NCBI GenBank assembly: GCA_018672055.1
Contig: JABHGM010000001.1
Location: 8,884-72,883, forward strand
Reading direction: 5' to 3'
DNA length: 64,000 nt
Source of the DNA: a bacterium
GTDB lineage: Bacteria > Patescibacteriota > Patescibacteriia > UBA1558 > UBA10009
The translations under genes and the position numbers were made by a program. Within the stretch, counting starts at the first letter, position 1, and each line of letters opens with the position of its first letter. The notes below the pieces were generated by a model. The model ran no database searches. It saw only the letters and a list, made by a program, of their open reading frames with translations, and had not been told where the DNA came from. Below, piece by piece: positions 8,962-27,182 of the stretch.

Positions 8962-11900
8962 TGTTATATACTTGTTTAACTTGTAAATTAGTTAAAGCAT
9001 AATTAAATATTTTTACTTCATCTATTTGACCCGTATAAAAGTTACCCGGGCTACCACCAGTACCATTTGTTCCAGCACCTATCATTAACGGATCAGAAAT
9101 ATCTATATCACCATAGCCAGTAATATCTGTTGGACTATTAGCATCTTCAATGCCATCAATGTATAATCTTAGATCATTGCCATCACGTACTCCAACAATA
9201 TGATGCCACAGACCATCATTACCAGATGTATCGCTTATAACAGCTTTTGCGGTAGTATTATCATCAATAGAAACTGCAAATTTACTATTTGTGTCTAATA
9301 ATATAGTATAACTCTTAGCGTTAGTACTATATGATCCATTCTGAACAATATCTTGAATTCCAGCTGTGCTTGTTTTAAACCAAGCGCTAACTGTGCCATC
9401 TCCACTACCCCAATCATGAGTAGATTTATCACCCATACTTAGATAATCATCAGTACCATCAAATTCCATAGAAGCATTTATTTTACCGGTAGCGCCATCA
9501 TTCCAAGCGCCAGAAGTAGCACAAGTACCAGTTGCTGTGTTAGTACCACCAGTACCAATTATTAAACTACCATTATTACCATTATATCCTCCATTACTGT
9601 TAGGTGCCCAATCGTAAATAGTACTACCAGAACATTCATCAAATTTCCAATAACCAACAGAGGCGCCTCTATTAAACGAATAAGCTACTTGAGCTGGAGT
9701 ACGAGCGTAATCATATAATCTAACTTCATCTATTGAACCATTAAAATAATTACCTCTTCTGCCAATTTCTAAATCAACGGCTGTATTTGGAACAGAAAAT
9801 CTTTGAGTATCTGAACTAGGCGAAGCTGTAGATAAAGCACCATCTAAATATGCATAAATAGTTGTACCATCCCATGTCATCACATAATAATGCCACTCAC
9901 CAGTACTTGGCTTACCGAAAGAAACATAATCATTAGAAGGTGTCTCTGCTTCATCATCTAACTCACCACGAATATAATTATCACTATATATCCAAATAGC
10001 ATATCCATCAGTATCCCAACCAGCGCTAGCACCTTTACCAACAATATGCGGATATTGACCACTATTATAACTATCTATCTTTGCCCAAACAGCAACTGTA
10101 CCAGTTGTAGTTAAATCTAAGGCTGCATTATCACTAACTGATATTTCATCATTACCATCAAATAACATACAAGAACCTTTAATGCAGCTAGAAGCTCCTT
10201 GCCAAGTACCATTTGTAATTGTTCCTGTATTATTATTATTACTAGTATCGTATGCACTAGAACCAGTTCTTTCATCCAACTTATATTCTGCAACTGGCGG
10301 ATCACAAGTAGCAGTGTCTCCAGGAATACAATACATTACAGATGCAGAACTTGAAGCAACACCTGTTGTTTCTTGTCCTGATGCTCCTAATACTAAAGAT
10401 GATCCTTTATTATAATCTATTAATATTTCATCTTCAGTTAAAGCCGAACCATACAACTTAAATTCATCAATTGTACCACTGAGCTGGTAAGCATCTAAAG
10501 AATGCCTATTACCAAATGTAAAATTAGTCCATGTCTCTGATACTGAAGTCATATCAACATCTGTATCAATAGATGATGGTGTTTGAGCAATGCCATCGAT
10601 ATAAAGAGTTAATGAGTTATCACCATCTCTAGATAAAGCTATATAATGCCAATTACCATCTAGCTCTGTAATAGTATAAAGATAATCTTTGTATAAAGTT
10701 GAACCGCTAACTAAAGCTGCATGAATTACAGTCGCTGAAGACGAATAAATTACTGCTCCATCATCATTACTAGTTCTAGTATCAAAAATATATGCTTGAT
10801 TATCACTTGTTCTAAACCAAGTAGATGCGGTCCATCTATTTAAACTAGTAAAGCCAGAAAGGCTTCCTGTAACATGCCCATCTCCATCAAAATCAAGACC
10901 TCTGCTAAACTTACCATTATTCGTTGAAGTAGCGTTAGTTATAGTCCCATCATTATCCCCATAACCATAATCATAAGCAGTAGAACCATAACCTTCGTCA
11001 AATTTCCAGTAACCAAATTGTGAAGCAATTGGAGAACCTCCTGCTGGATGTCCAGCATTCATATCTTCTATTACTTGTTTAGGAGTACGAGCGTAGTTAT
11101 ATATACGTACATCATCAATAATACCATTAAAATAATCTTGAACTGGGCCATTACAACTAGAACCACTTTTTTGAGCACCAACATATACTGGCAAACTACT
11201 ATAACTAGCTCCACTAGCAATCTCATTAGAAAGTGTTAAACTTTGCAAACTTCCATTTAAATATAATTTAGTACCTCCAGATATACCCCACTCTTTTACC
11301 CATTCTACATGATACCATTCACTATTAGTTAATACATCTCCACTCGTATAATGAGATGAATAAGCAGTATCACCATCCGAATATAATGCAAAATATAAAT
11401 CATTAGCGTAAGCATATATATTAAAATGAGCATCATTATTACATCCATTTCTTCTAGATAAAACAACTTGTTTTGTAGCATATGAATCAGCCTTAATCCA
11501 AAAACTGAAACTCTGTTTTCTAGTAGGTAAAATACTAAATAAAGTATCATCAGAAGAAATTAAACCATATTGATCAGTCCCATTAAAACTTAAAGCTTGT
11601 CCAAATTTACCGCTAGTCCAAGTAGGTGAATTATACAAGGTAACATTTTTTTGATTAGTTGATCTATCATACGCAGTACTACCACTGCCTTCATCCATTT
11701 TAATATGGGCTATAGGCCCAGGAGCCCAGTTGTATAAGTCACGTACTTCACGACTAGATAAAGATCTGTTATATACTCTAACTTCATCAATATTACCATC
11801 AAATTCATAACCAGCAGCTATTCGTCCTATTTCTAATGATCTACCACTAGCATTATTAACAGCAATAGACCCTATATAAGTACTAGCTTTTTCCTCTCCA

Positions 11901-14284
11901 TCAACATAAATATATATATATTCACCTTTTCTCATACCTAAAACATGATACCATTCCTGACTAGCAATCTCATCTGATGAAACTGCAGTATATGCAGTAG
12001 TACCTGATTCAAAAGCAAAGCCTGGAGTTTTAGAAGTCGATCCACCAGAACCAGTATTTAAACCCCACTCATTAGTCCCTGGAGAAGCACCAGTATTCCA
12101 TTTAGTAATTATTTGATTTTGATAATTAATTGGATCATCACGACGTCTCGCCCAAGCAGAGACAGTAAAATCATTAGAACCGAAATCATAAATATCTAAA
12201 TCTGCTAAATCTATATAACTAGATGTTCCATTAAATTCACTTGAACCCCCAAACTTAGCAGTAGTACTTGCCGTAACAGTAGATGAAGTACCATGGCTAC
12301 CAGCACCACTAGAATCAATAACTTCTGCTGGAGTACCATCCCAGCCAGTACCATCCATTTTCCAATAACCTATTAAACCTTGTGATAAATATTGTTGAGG
12401 TCTTTGACCTATACCTACGCCAACTCCTTCAGTTCCGCTGAAACCTGATGCTCCAGCATTATAGTCTCTTCTTATTTGCGCTGTTGATCTAGCATAATTA
12501 TATATCTTCGGTTCATCTAAAGAACCATCAATCGTAGGATCACTTCCATAACCCATACCTATCCTATCGATTGTTAATGTATTAGATGATGAAAAAGCAC
12601 TGGTAGACCCTTGATATTCTCCATTGATATATGCTCTTATACCTGTTGTTTCAATATTAATAGTAAGATGGTACCAACTATTTAAACTTACAGGCGAACT
12701 TAAACTAATAGATTTACTTACTCCGGTGTCATCTTGTAAATATATTTGTGTACCACTATAACGAAGACTAATTAAATCATCCCAACTTCTACTATTTGGA
12801 CCCTGCATTAATCCTGCTCCGATAGAATTAGGAGAGTAAGTATCCCATTCATTTACTTTAAACCATATAGAAACAGAATGATTTTCAGATAAATCCATAG
12901 CTATAGAACTAAAGCTAACATAATCATTAGATCCATCAAATTTTAAACATTTGCCACTAATACACAGATCTTCACTTTGCCAAATAGCTCCAGAAATAGT
13001 TCCATTACTCTGACTAGAAGAACTATCATAAGCAGTAGAACCATAACCTTCATCAAATGACCAATAACCAATAGGTGCAACATTTACTTGTTCAGTAGAA
13101 TAAGTAACTGTATATGCGCCATATAAACTACCTTTTTCATGCATCTCACTTATACCACCATCTCCAGCAATGGTTGCAAAACGTATTGAACGACTCTCAC
13201 CATCACTGTAAGATTCTGAATAAGAATAATTTGTTTGATAATATGAAGCAACATTACTAGTATGACCATACTTCCAATCAGATCCATTAGGATTAATTAC
13301 AGTTGCCCCGTAGTGCCCTGTAGAAGTCCAATGCTGACCAAACCAATTATCTCCTAGATCAGCTTCATACAATGTACCAGAAATAGCCTCTTGATCAACT
13401 AAATCACCATTAGCATCAACCCAAGCTGCATTTCTAGTACTGCTTGTAAAGCTTAAATAATGATATAAATCCTCGGTAGTACTAGTATTATAATTCATAT
13501 AAATTCTTTCTGAAATATAACCATTGGCAAAACCCATAATGATAGTGCCATATGAACTATAGTTACCATAATCAGTATCTTCATATTTTATTTCAGCAAA
13601 TAATGGACCAGTTGAATTTAAGGCAGTTCTTGTAAGACCTTCAACATTCCACCAATCACTAGGAGGATAGCTATCAGTATGCCTAGAAACACTATTAACA
13701 CCCAAATCAACATTATTATATTTAATATCAGTAAATTGACCATAAGTACCACCATCAGCTGATACTGTATAATCAAAATTATCAGTCATTTCAATCTTAT
13801 TTGCCGTACTAAATACAGCATCAACGTCACTTGTAAAAGAATAAGCAGTAGCAGAAGAATTGCCATAATATATGAAATAAAATTCTGAATTATTTTGAGA
13901 TATACTTGCTTCAAACCAAATACCAGTCTCACTTGTATTCAAAGTACTTTCTTCTACCTGATACTTTTTTATATTACCAAAACTATCAACTACTCTAATA
14001 TCATCAGCATCAGCTTGGAGCTTACCGTCGCTAATTAAAGTAGCTGTATCAATTATTACTCTATATGGCACATCACTTCCGTTAAATGCAGAATCATTAC
14101 TAATCTTTACTCTTTGCCTATAACTCCAAGTTTCATTCCACCAAGCAGCTTCTGTTTCTTCTGGGCTACGTAATAAATAGATAAATGAAGCAACAATAAC
14201 AATACCTATTATTATATAGATAAAATAAAAACGATAATCAATATTTTTTAAATAGTTATATATTTTTTTAAAATAATCTTTCAT
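8939..14284 (-). CDS. Giant surface protein (1781 aa), paralog 2: signal-anchor, DUF2341-like, multi-LamG
   Basis: Conserved N-terminus (YLKNIDYRF..TM..ETEAAWWNETWSYRQ). Collinear with paralog 1, including near-identical inter-domain linkers (RDYNAGASGF.G.EGVGVGIGQRPQQYLSQGL.GYWKMD; MNAGHPAGGSP...GYWKFDEG). C-terminal 'DEVKIFNYALTNLQVKQVYNNGAVNFK'. Confidence 0.85.
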   Translation of the reverse strand: MKDYFKKIYNYLKNIDYRFYFIYIIIGIVIVASFIYLLRSPEETEAAWWNETWSYRQRVKISNDSAFNGSDVPYRVIIDTATLISDGKLQADADDIRVVDSFGNIKKYQVEESTLNTSETGIWFEASISQNNSEFYFIYYGNSSATAYSFTSDVDAVFSTANKIEMTDNFDYTVSADGGTYGQFTDIKYNNVDLGVNSVSRHTDSYPPSDWWNVEGLTRTALNSTGPLFAEIKYEDTDYGNYSSYGTIIMGFANGYISERIYMNYNTSTTEDLYHYLSFTSSTRNAAWVDANGDLVDQEAISGTLYEADLGDNWFGQHWTSTGHYGATVINPNGSDWKYGHTSNVASYYQTNYSYSESYSDGESRSIRFATIAGDGGISEMHEKGSLYGAYTVTYSTEQVNVAPIGYWSFDEGYGSTAYDSSSSQSNGTISGAIWQSEDLCISGKCLKFDGSNDYVSFSSIAMDLSENHSVSIWFKVNEWDTYSPNSIGAGLMQGPNSRSWDDLISLRYSGTQIYLQDDTGVSKSISLSSPVSLNSWYHLTINIETTGIRAYINGEYQGSTSAFSSSNTLTIDRIGMGYGSDPTIDGSLDEPKIYNYARSTAQIRRDYNAGASGFSGTEGVGVGIGQRPQQYLSQGLIGYWKMDGTGWDGTPAEVIDSSGAGSHGTSSTVTASTTAKFGGSSEFNGTSSYIDLADLDIYDFGSNDFTVSAWARRRDDPINYQNQIITKWNTGASPGTNEWGLNTGSGGSTSKTPGFAFESGTTAYTAVSSDEIASQEWYHVLGMRKGEYIYIYVDGEEKASTYIGSIAVNNASGRSLEIGRIAAGYEFDGNIDEVRVYNRSLSSREVRDLYNWAPGPIAHIKMDEGSGSTAYDRSTNQKNVTLYNSPTWTSGKFGQALSFNGTDQYGLISSDDTLFSILPTRKQSFSFWIKADSYATKQVVLSRRNGCNNDAHFNIYAYANDLYFALYSDGDTAYSSHYTSGDVLTNSEWYHVEWVKEWGISGGTKLYLNGSLQSLTLSNEIASGASYSSLPVYVGAQKSGSSCNGPVQDYFNGIIDDVRIYNYARTPKQVIEDMNAGHPAGGSPIASQFGYWKFDEGYGSTAYDYGYGDNDGTITNATSTNNGKFSRGLDFDGDGHVTGSLSGFTSLNRWTASTWFRTSDNQAYIFDTRTSNDDGAVIYSSSATVIHAALVSGSTLYKDYLYTITELDGNWHYIALSRDGDNSLTLYIDGIAQTPSSIDTDVDMTSVSETWTNFTFGNRHSLDAYQLSGTIDEFKLYGSALTEDEILIDYNKGSSLVLGASGQETTGVASSSASVMYCIPGDTATCDPPVAEYKLDERTGSSAYDTSNNNNTGTITNGTWQGASSCIKGSCMLFDGNDEISVSDNAALDLTTTGTVAVWAKIDSYNSGQYPHIVGKGASAGWDTDGYAIWIYSDNYIRGELDDEAETPSNDYVSFGKPSTGEWHYYVMTWDGTTIYAYLDGALSTASPSSDTQRFSVPNTAVDLEIGRRGNYFNGSIDEVRLYDYARTPAQVAYSFNRGASVGYWKFDECSGSTIYDWAPNSNGGYNGNNGSLIIGTGGTNTATGTCATSGAWNDGATGKINASMEFDGTDDYLSMGDKSTHDWGSGDGTVSAWFKTSTAGIQDIVQNGSYSTNAKSYTILLDTNSKFAVSIDDNTTAKAVISDTSGNDGLWHHIVGVRDGNDLRLYIDGIEDANSPTDITGYGDIDISDPLMIGAGTNGTGGSPGNFYTGQIDEVKIFNYALTNLQVKQVYNNGAVNFK

Positions 14285-22248
<7,964 letters not shown>

Positions 22249-22259
<11 letters not shown>

Positions 22260-22833
22260 ATTTTCTTGAACTTACTGTTGTTTGAAAATGTGATGTATGT
22301 AATTTATCATTATCAATTATATTACTCTCTGTTTCTAAAACTATGGTTACTCTGGGTTGTAAATCATAAAAATAACCTGAACCTGCTTGCCAAGCAAAAG
22401 GATCTTTAATTGGTGAGATATAAAAATCTAAACGAGTTACTTTAATATCTGTAGGCGTAATATCTAACCACTCATCTGATACACAATTTACCGAGTTATA
22501 GCAAACCTGAACAGCGTCTCTACCTTCTGACAAAGCTTTTCTAAAAATAACTGGATTATTATTTTCATCAAGTAAAGCAAGCTCGTCTTCAGGTTCTGTT
22601 AAAGAAGTAGGATATGCTGAATAACTATAATCTACAGTACCCATTCTAAATTCACGAGCCATAACTTCTAAAACATACCTAGCATCAGAAATAGAACGTT
22701 GAATATTCGCAGTTCTTTTTTGAACTGTATTAGACTGAGTAAAAATAGATAAAGCATAAGTTGTAGCAATAGCAAAAATACCTAGTACTAAAACCATTTC
22801 CATCATACTAAAACCTTTTTTATTTCCAATCAT
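22249..22833 (-). CDS. Type IV minor pilin (PilW-like), prepilin-type N-terminus
   Basis: N-terminus MIGNKKG|FSMMEMVLVLGIFAIA: Gly cleavage site, Glu at +5, hydrophobic helix. Confidence 0.6.
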
Positions 22834-23419
22834 ACAATTTATCTACAATACTTAAATTATATGGCTTGTCTGCTTCAAACCAAGTTACTTCAGATTCAAG
22901 GTGATAACCTATCCAACTAACACCAACATGGTCACTACACCTATCACCCGGATCTAAAAGCACTTCAGTATCTATGGGATCTTGCCAACATATTTCCTGT
23001 AAAGTAACTAATCTTTTAAATGAGGTAAGGTCTCCTGAATTGTCATGATTAAATACATCTGAAGTATTATCAAAATATACCTGACAACTATCACATAAAC
23101 TTATAACTGAACTAATATCAGAAAATGACCAACTCTTAGTACTAGGATCAAATTCTGTAATTAAGCGATAATTTGTATCAAAATCACTTAAAAAACCCTG
23201 ATACCAATTATTACCAGCTAACCAATTTGAATCACGATGATTCCTTATTACTTCAATAGACTCACGAGCTAGATTAGCAGCTACTAACCTATCTTCAGAA
23301 CTATTTGAAGAAATTAAATTATGGGTAGTTAAAGAAAGTCCAGCAATAACCCCAGTAACAATAACTCCAAGAGCTACTATCATTTCAATAAAACCAAGAC
23401 CTTTTTCATTTTTAAACAT
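22820..23419 (-). CDS. Type IV minor pilin (PilV-like), prepilin-type N-terminus
   Basis: N-terminus MFKNEKG|LGFIEMIVALGVIV with Glu at +5; 'ANLARESIE' PilV-like segment. Confidence 0.6.
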   Translation of the reverse strand: MFKNEKGLGFIEMIVALGVIVTGVIAGLSLTTHNLISSNSSEDRLVAANLARESIEVIRNHRDSNWLAGNNWYQGFLSDFDTNYRLITEFDPSTKSWSFSDISSVISLCDSCQVYFDNTSDVFNHDNSGDLTSFKRLVTLQEICWQDPIDTEVLLDPGDRCSDHVGVSWIGYHLESEVTWFEADKPYNLSIVDKLYDWK

Positions 23420-23423
23420 ATTT

Positions 23424-23960
23424 TTATGGAATAGTTACTAATTCAGAATTAACTCGTCCAGTTACTCTATTTAAATTAATTACTGCTTTTTTACTTGTTA
23501 CACCATCATGCATTAAAGTAATTTCAGCACTTAAAGCAGCCGTAGATCCATTAATGTATATGACTGGTTTAGGTGGTTCAAATATAATATTTAAAGGGAG
23601 AGTATCAGTTGAAACCTCAGAAACAGTTACTCCTTCAGGGAGTATAATACTTCTAATCAACTCCTCAGGAGCATCAAATTCTTTATCGCTATCAGTATCT
23701 TTAAAGATAGCGTATGATCCAAAACCACTTATAAAAAAAAGACCATAATCAATACTTAAATCAGTATCTTCACCAATGCCAGCCAGAGCTTGAGTTTGAG
23801 CCTTACGAATCTCTGTAGCTACTTGATCAGCAACTAAACGTAATTCCTGTGTCCTTTCACCAGCCCTAAAATTAACAACAGTAACTGTAAAAATAATAAC
23901 AAAAATAACTATAACTGTAATTAATTCTATTAAACTGTAACCTTTTTGATTTATCTTCAT
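23424..23960 (-). CDS. Type IV minor pilin (FimT/GspH-like), prepilin-type N-terminus
   Basis: Probable true start at MKINQKG|YSLIELITVIVIFVII (Met7 of the tracked ORF 23424..23978). Class III signal with Glu+5. Overlaps the pilD stop. Confidence 0.6.
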   Translation of the reverse strand: MKINQKGYSLIELITVIVIFVIIFTVTVVNFRAGERTQELRLVADQVATEIRKAQTQALAGIGEDTDLSIDYGLFFISGFGSYAIFKDTDSDKEFDAPEELIRSIILPEGVTVSEVSTDTLPLNIIFEPPKPVIYINGSTAALSAEITLMHDGVTSKKAVINLNRVTGRVNSELVTIP

Positions 23961-24745
23961 AAATATCCTAAATACCAATTTAATATTTGAGTACCATATA
24001 AAAGAGAAATAACAGTAGCTAGAGTTAAGAAAGTACCAAATGGTAATTGGTCACCCCATTTTTTAAATTTAAATACTATTAAAAATATACTAATTACTGA
24101 ACCAACTATATAAGCAAGAAGCAAGGCTACTAAAGAATTAGGCCAACCCAGCATAGTACCCATTAAAAATCCTAAGCGTATATCTCCCCCACCAATCCAT
24201 TTACCTTTGGAGATAATGAACTGGAGCATAAAAAATCCAGATACAATTAAAGCAGCTAATAATAGATTGAAAATATTAAAACCTAAACTTAAATTAAAAA
24301 TTAGGGAGATAAATATAGCTGGAACAACTACTTTATCTAATATCAAATAATGTTTTAAATCATAAACAAATATTACAACTAAAAATGAACAAAATGTAAT
24401 ATATGAAAAGTATACTAATAGAATATTTAAAGGTATTTCAGAACAAATATTTAGTGGGCAGTATGAGCTTAGATAAAGGAAATAACCTAGAACAAATAAA
24501 ATAGCAGTACTTAGTTCTACTAATAAATACTGCCAAGATATTTTAACATTACAATATCTACATTTTCCTTTAAGAAATAAAAAACTAACCACAGGAATCA
24601 AATCCCTAGCTCCAAGCTTGTGATTACACGAAACGCATTTTGACCTACTAGTTATTAAGCTCTCTTTAGTCTTTAATCTATGTATTACAGCATTTAAGAA
24701 ACTACCAATTATTAGGCCAAGAATAAATACAAAAACTGCTATCAT
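23957..24745 (-). CDS. pilD: Prepilin peptidase (A24 family)
   Basis: N-terminal tetra-Cys Zn motif (CVSCNHKL...CRYCNVKI), multi-TM body, and 'GGGDIRLGFLMGTMLGW' catalytic-Asp region. Confidence 0.85.
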   Translation of the reverse strand: MIAVFVFILGLIIGSFLNAVIHRLKTKESLITSRSKCVSCNHKLGARDLIPVVSFLFLKGKCRYCNVKISWQYLLVELSTAILFVLGYFLYLSSYCPLNICSEIPLNILLVYFSYITFCSFLVVIFVYDLKHYLILDKVVVPAIFISLIFNLSLGFNIFNLLLAALIVSGFFMLQFIISKGKWIGGGDIRLGFLMGTMLGWPNSLVALLLAYIVGSVISIFLIVFKFKKWGDQLPFGTFLTLATVISLLYGTQILNWYLGYL

Positions 24746-24791
24746 ATATAGTAAATTTTACCATTTTTATAGCAGTTAAACAATACTAATA

Positions 24792-25331
24792 TTATAGTTT
24801 TCCAAGACATACCGCAGGTCCACCCGTAAGACTTCCGAGGCCAAGAATTATAATTCCACCACCTGTGTCATCATCGCATACTAATATTTGAACTGACTTA
24901 TCATTAGAAGTTACACAATTACTAGATAATGGATTCAAAACTGATATAGCTCCATCAATATCTCCTTGAATAGTTTTTTCTTGTTCTAATAAGGTGCCTG
25001 TTAAATACCTGTTACCATTCCTACAGTAGAAATAAAATCTTGAACTATCGGGATCATGCGGCATAGCTCCGCTAGCTAAATAACCAGTTAATTTATTAAT
25101 TCCAGAACCAACAGCTAAATCATCATAATCATCAGGTATTGCTGGAGGTACTCCATAATTAGCAATATGTATTTCAATAGCCTTATATAATGTACCAATA
25201 TCATTCATTCTATTTCCATCTCTTGCTTTTGCTCTAGTACTATTTAAGGTAATTAAAGAAATAGAAGAAATTAATGCAATAATAGAAATTACAACTAAAA
25301 GTTCAGTTAAAGTAAAGCCTTTTTTATTCAT
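24792..25331 (-). CDS. Type IV pilin (prepilin), paralog 4
   Basis: MNKKG|FTLTELLVVISIIALI class III signal peptide; Cys-containing C-terminal globular domain. Confidence 0.75.
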   Translation of the reverse strand: MNKKGFTLTELLVVISIIALISSISLITLNSTRAKARDGNRMNDIGTLYKAIEIHIANYGVPPAIPDDYDDLAVGSGINKLTGYLASGAMPHDPDSSRFYFYCRNGNRYLTGTLLEQEKTIQGDIDGAISVLNPLSSNCVTSNDKSVQILVCDDDTGGGIIILGLGSLTGGPAVCLGKL

Positions 25332-25390
25332 AAATCTATATATAGTCTAAATAAAAAAAATAATTTATTAAAAGACTAATTCTAAATAAA

Positions 25391-25867
25391 TTAGTTACAG
25401 TCAGTTATAACCCCCTGATTATTAATAGCATGTAAACCAGCACTATATTCGGTAGTTCCGCCCTCTAAATAAAAACACAGTTGATAATCATCAACTGTGG
25501 CTCCAGCAGAACCATCATTTTTACTAATTGAGTAATCACAAACATCAACAGATGTGGAATTACAGGCTCCAACACCAGTAATATCAAAAAATCTACTTAG
25601 ATCATCAGTTACAAAAGCAGGCCCTGTGCAGCTAGTAGTTAAGTCATATGCGCCATCACAACCTACCATAGTAGCGCCAGGTATAGTATTAGCACCTAAC
25701 TCCATAGTTATATACATTTGACTTATATCAGAAACACGTCTTGCATCACGACCTTTCTCACGACTACTAGTAAAAAGAATTGCTGCTGACGACATAAACA
25801 AAGCAATTATAGAAATTACTAATAATAATTCAGTTAAAGTAAAACCTTTTATATTTCTTAAATTCAT
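25391..25867 (-). CDS. Type IV pilin (prepilin), paralog 3
   Basis: ...NIKG|FTLTELLLVISIIAL prepilin signal; 'ARRVSDI' pilin-conserved N-terminal helix; C-terminal Cys pairs. Confidence 0.75.
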   Translation of the reverse strand: MNLRNIKGFTLTELLLVISIIALFMSSAAILFTSSREKGRDARRVSDISQMYITMELGANTIPGATMVGCDGAYDLTTSCTGPAFVTDDLSRFFDITGVGACNSTSVDVCDYSISKNDGSAGATVDDYQLCFYLEGGTTEYSAGLHAINNQGVITDCN

Positions 25868-25878
25868 TTATATTTCAA

Positions 25879-26361
25879 TTAAGGAGTATAAGAACAAGTA
25901 ATTGGCGAACTGGTAATAATACCACCAGGGCCTACATGATTAACTCCTGCAGCAATATTAGCTATACCTTCTTCTAAATAGAAACAGATTTCATAATCTG
26001 CTTCATCACTATCTAAACCTATTGAATAAGCACAGATAGCTTCAGAATTACCATTACAAGCACTAGTACCTGTAGGATCTGTTAAAGTACCCCAATTATA
26101 ACCAGCAAAATCTCCACAATCCGTTGTTAGATCACCTTCACTATTACAACCACCAGGAAAAATATCATAACCACCAGTTGCACTATTTGCAGCTTCCATT
26201 TCAATTAATAAAGAAAGTTGTTTAACATCTGATACACGTTTTGCATCACGAGCTTTTGCTCTAGCACCATTTAGAGACACAACAGCAATTGACGATAATA
26301 AACCAATAATGGCAATAACTACTAAAAGTTCAATTAAAGTAAAACCTTTTTTGTTTTGCAT
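25879..26361 (-). CDS. Type IV pilin (prepilin), paralog 2
   Basis: MQNKKG|FTLIELLVVIAIIGLL. The first ~60 aa are nearly identical to paralog 1 (also at the DNA level) and the C-terminus diverges. 7 Cys. Confidence 0.8.
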   Translation of the reverse strand: MQNKKGFTLIELLVVIAIIGLLSSIAVVSLNGARAKARDAKRVSDVKQLSLLIEMEAANSATGGYDIFPGGCNSEGDLTTDCGDFAGYNWGTLTDPTGTSACNGNSEAICAYSIGLDSDEADYEICFYLEEGIANIAAGVNHVGPGGIITSSPITCSYTP

Positions 26362-26392
26362 AGGATTTTTTAGTTAATATATATATGCATAT

Positions 26393-26401
26393 ATTATAAC
26401 A
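26393..26401 (-). promoter_or_regulatory. Extended -10 element (TGtTATAAT on the minus strand), ~32 nt upstream of the pilin paralog 2 start
   Basis: Plus-strand 'attataaca' is the reverse complement of TGTTATAAT. It lies immediately after the terminator of the upstream pilin gene. Confidence 0.4.
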
Positions 26402-26403
26402 TA

Positions 26404-26434
26404 AAAAGGTCTCGATTACGAGACCTTTTTATAT
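26404..26434 (-). terminator. Rho-independent terminator after pilin paralog 1
   Basis: Hairpin aaaaaggtctcg-atta-cgagacctttttat: 11-bp GC-containing stem, 4-nt loop, U-run on the minus-strand transcript (A-run/T-run on both sides). Confidence 0.75.
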
Positions 26435-26449
26435 CTATACAATCAAATA

Positions 26450-26938
26450 TTATATATCGTAAGTACATTCGGCAGTAATTACACCACCAGGACCAGCACT
26501 ATTAACCCCTTGAGCAACACCACCAATACCTTCTTCTAAGTAAAAACATATTTGATAATCACCTGTAGCTTCACCAACACCCATTGAATAAGCACAAGGT
26601 GCAGCAGTATCTGCCTGACAAGCAGCAGTGCCAGAAGGATCTAAAATAGTATTAAGATCAACCCCACCTAACAAATTAGCAGCAACGCCAGTACATGCGC
26701 TCATTAAATCACCTGCGTCCTCGCATACGGTAGGAAAAACATTATAACCACCAGTAGAACTATTAGCAGCTTCCATTTCTACTAAAGTACTAATTTGTTT
26801 AACATCTGATACACGTTTTGCATCACGAGCTTTTGCTCTAGCACCATTTAGAGATACTACAGCTAAAGTTGATAATAGACCAATAATGGCAATAACCACT
26901 AAAAGTTCTATTAATGTAAAACCTTTTTTGTTTTGCAT
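26450..26938 (-). CDS. Type IV pilin (prepilin), paralog 1; likely major pilin
   Basis: MQNKKG|FTLIELLVVIAIIGLL class III signal; Cys-rich C-terminal domain. First gene after the long intergenic region and followed by a strong terminator, consistent with a highly expressed major subunit. Confidence 0.8.
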   Translation of the reverse strand: MQNKKGFTLIELLVVIAIIGLLSTLAVVSLNGARAKARDAKRVSDVKQISTLVEMEAANSSTGGYNVFPTVCEDAGDLMSACTGVAANLLGGVDLNTILDPSGTAACQADTAAPCAYSMGVGEATGDYQICFYLEEGIGGVAQGVNSAGPGGVITAECTYDI

Positions 26939-27135
26939 AAAATTATAAAGTTATATTTATAAGACTATAATTTAAGTAAATTTAAGTAGATTTTAAATAA
27001 ACATTTCGACCTTTATTTATTTAAAAATAAAGAATTTATAAAGTAGAAGCTTCTTTTACTTCATAAAATGACTTAAATAACTTTTTTTATATTATTAAAG
27101 GCTGTGGATAACAAATCCCCAACCATGCTATATAT

Positions 27136-27164
27136 ATTATAATAGTTTTTAAGACAAAAATCAA
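27136..27164 (-). promoter_or_regulatory. Candidate sigma70-type promoter (TTGATT-17-TATAAT on the minus strand) between pilC and the pilin array
   Basis: Reverse complement of 27136-27164 reads ttgatt-tttgtcttaaaaactat-tataat. It would give a ~190-nt leader to the pilin ATG at 26938. Confidence 0.35.
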
Positions 27165-27182
27165 TACTTATCAACAACTTAT

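Noticed and set aside
3873-11550. Short ORFs inside the giant genes on either strand (3873..4088, 3952..4143, 4662..4856, 4678..4956, 5274..5465, 6686..6946, 10117..10305, 10182..10415, 11048..11239, 11329..11550)
   Set aside because: All lie fully inside the long, internally consistent giant-protein reading frames. They have no motifs and are typical of frame-shifted or antisense readthrough in AT-rich sequence.
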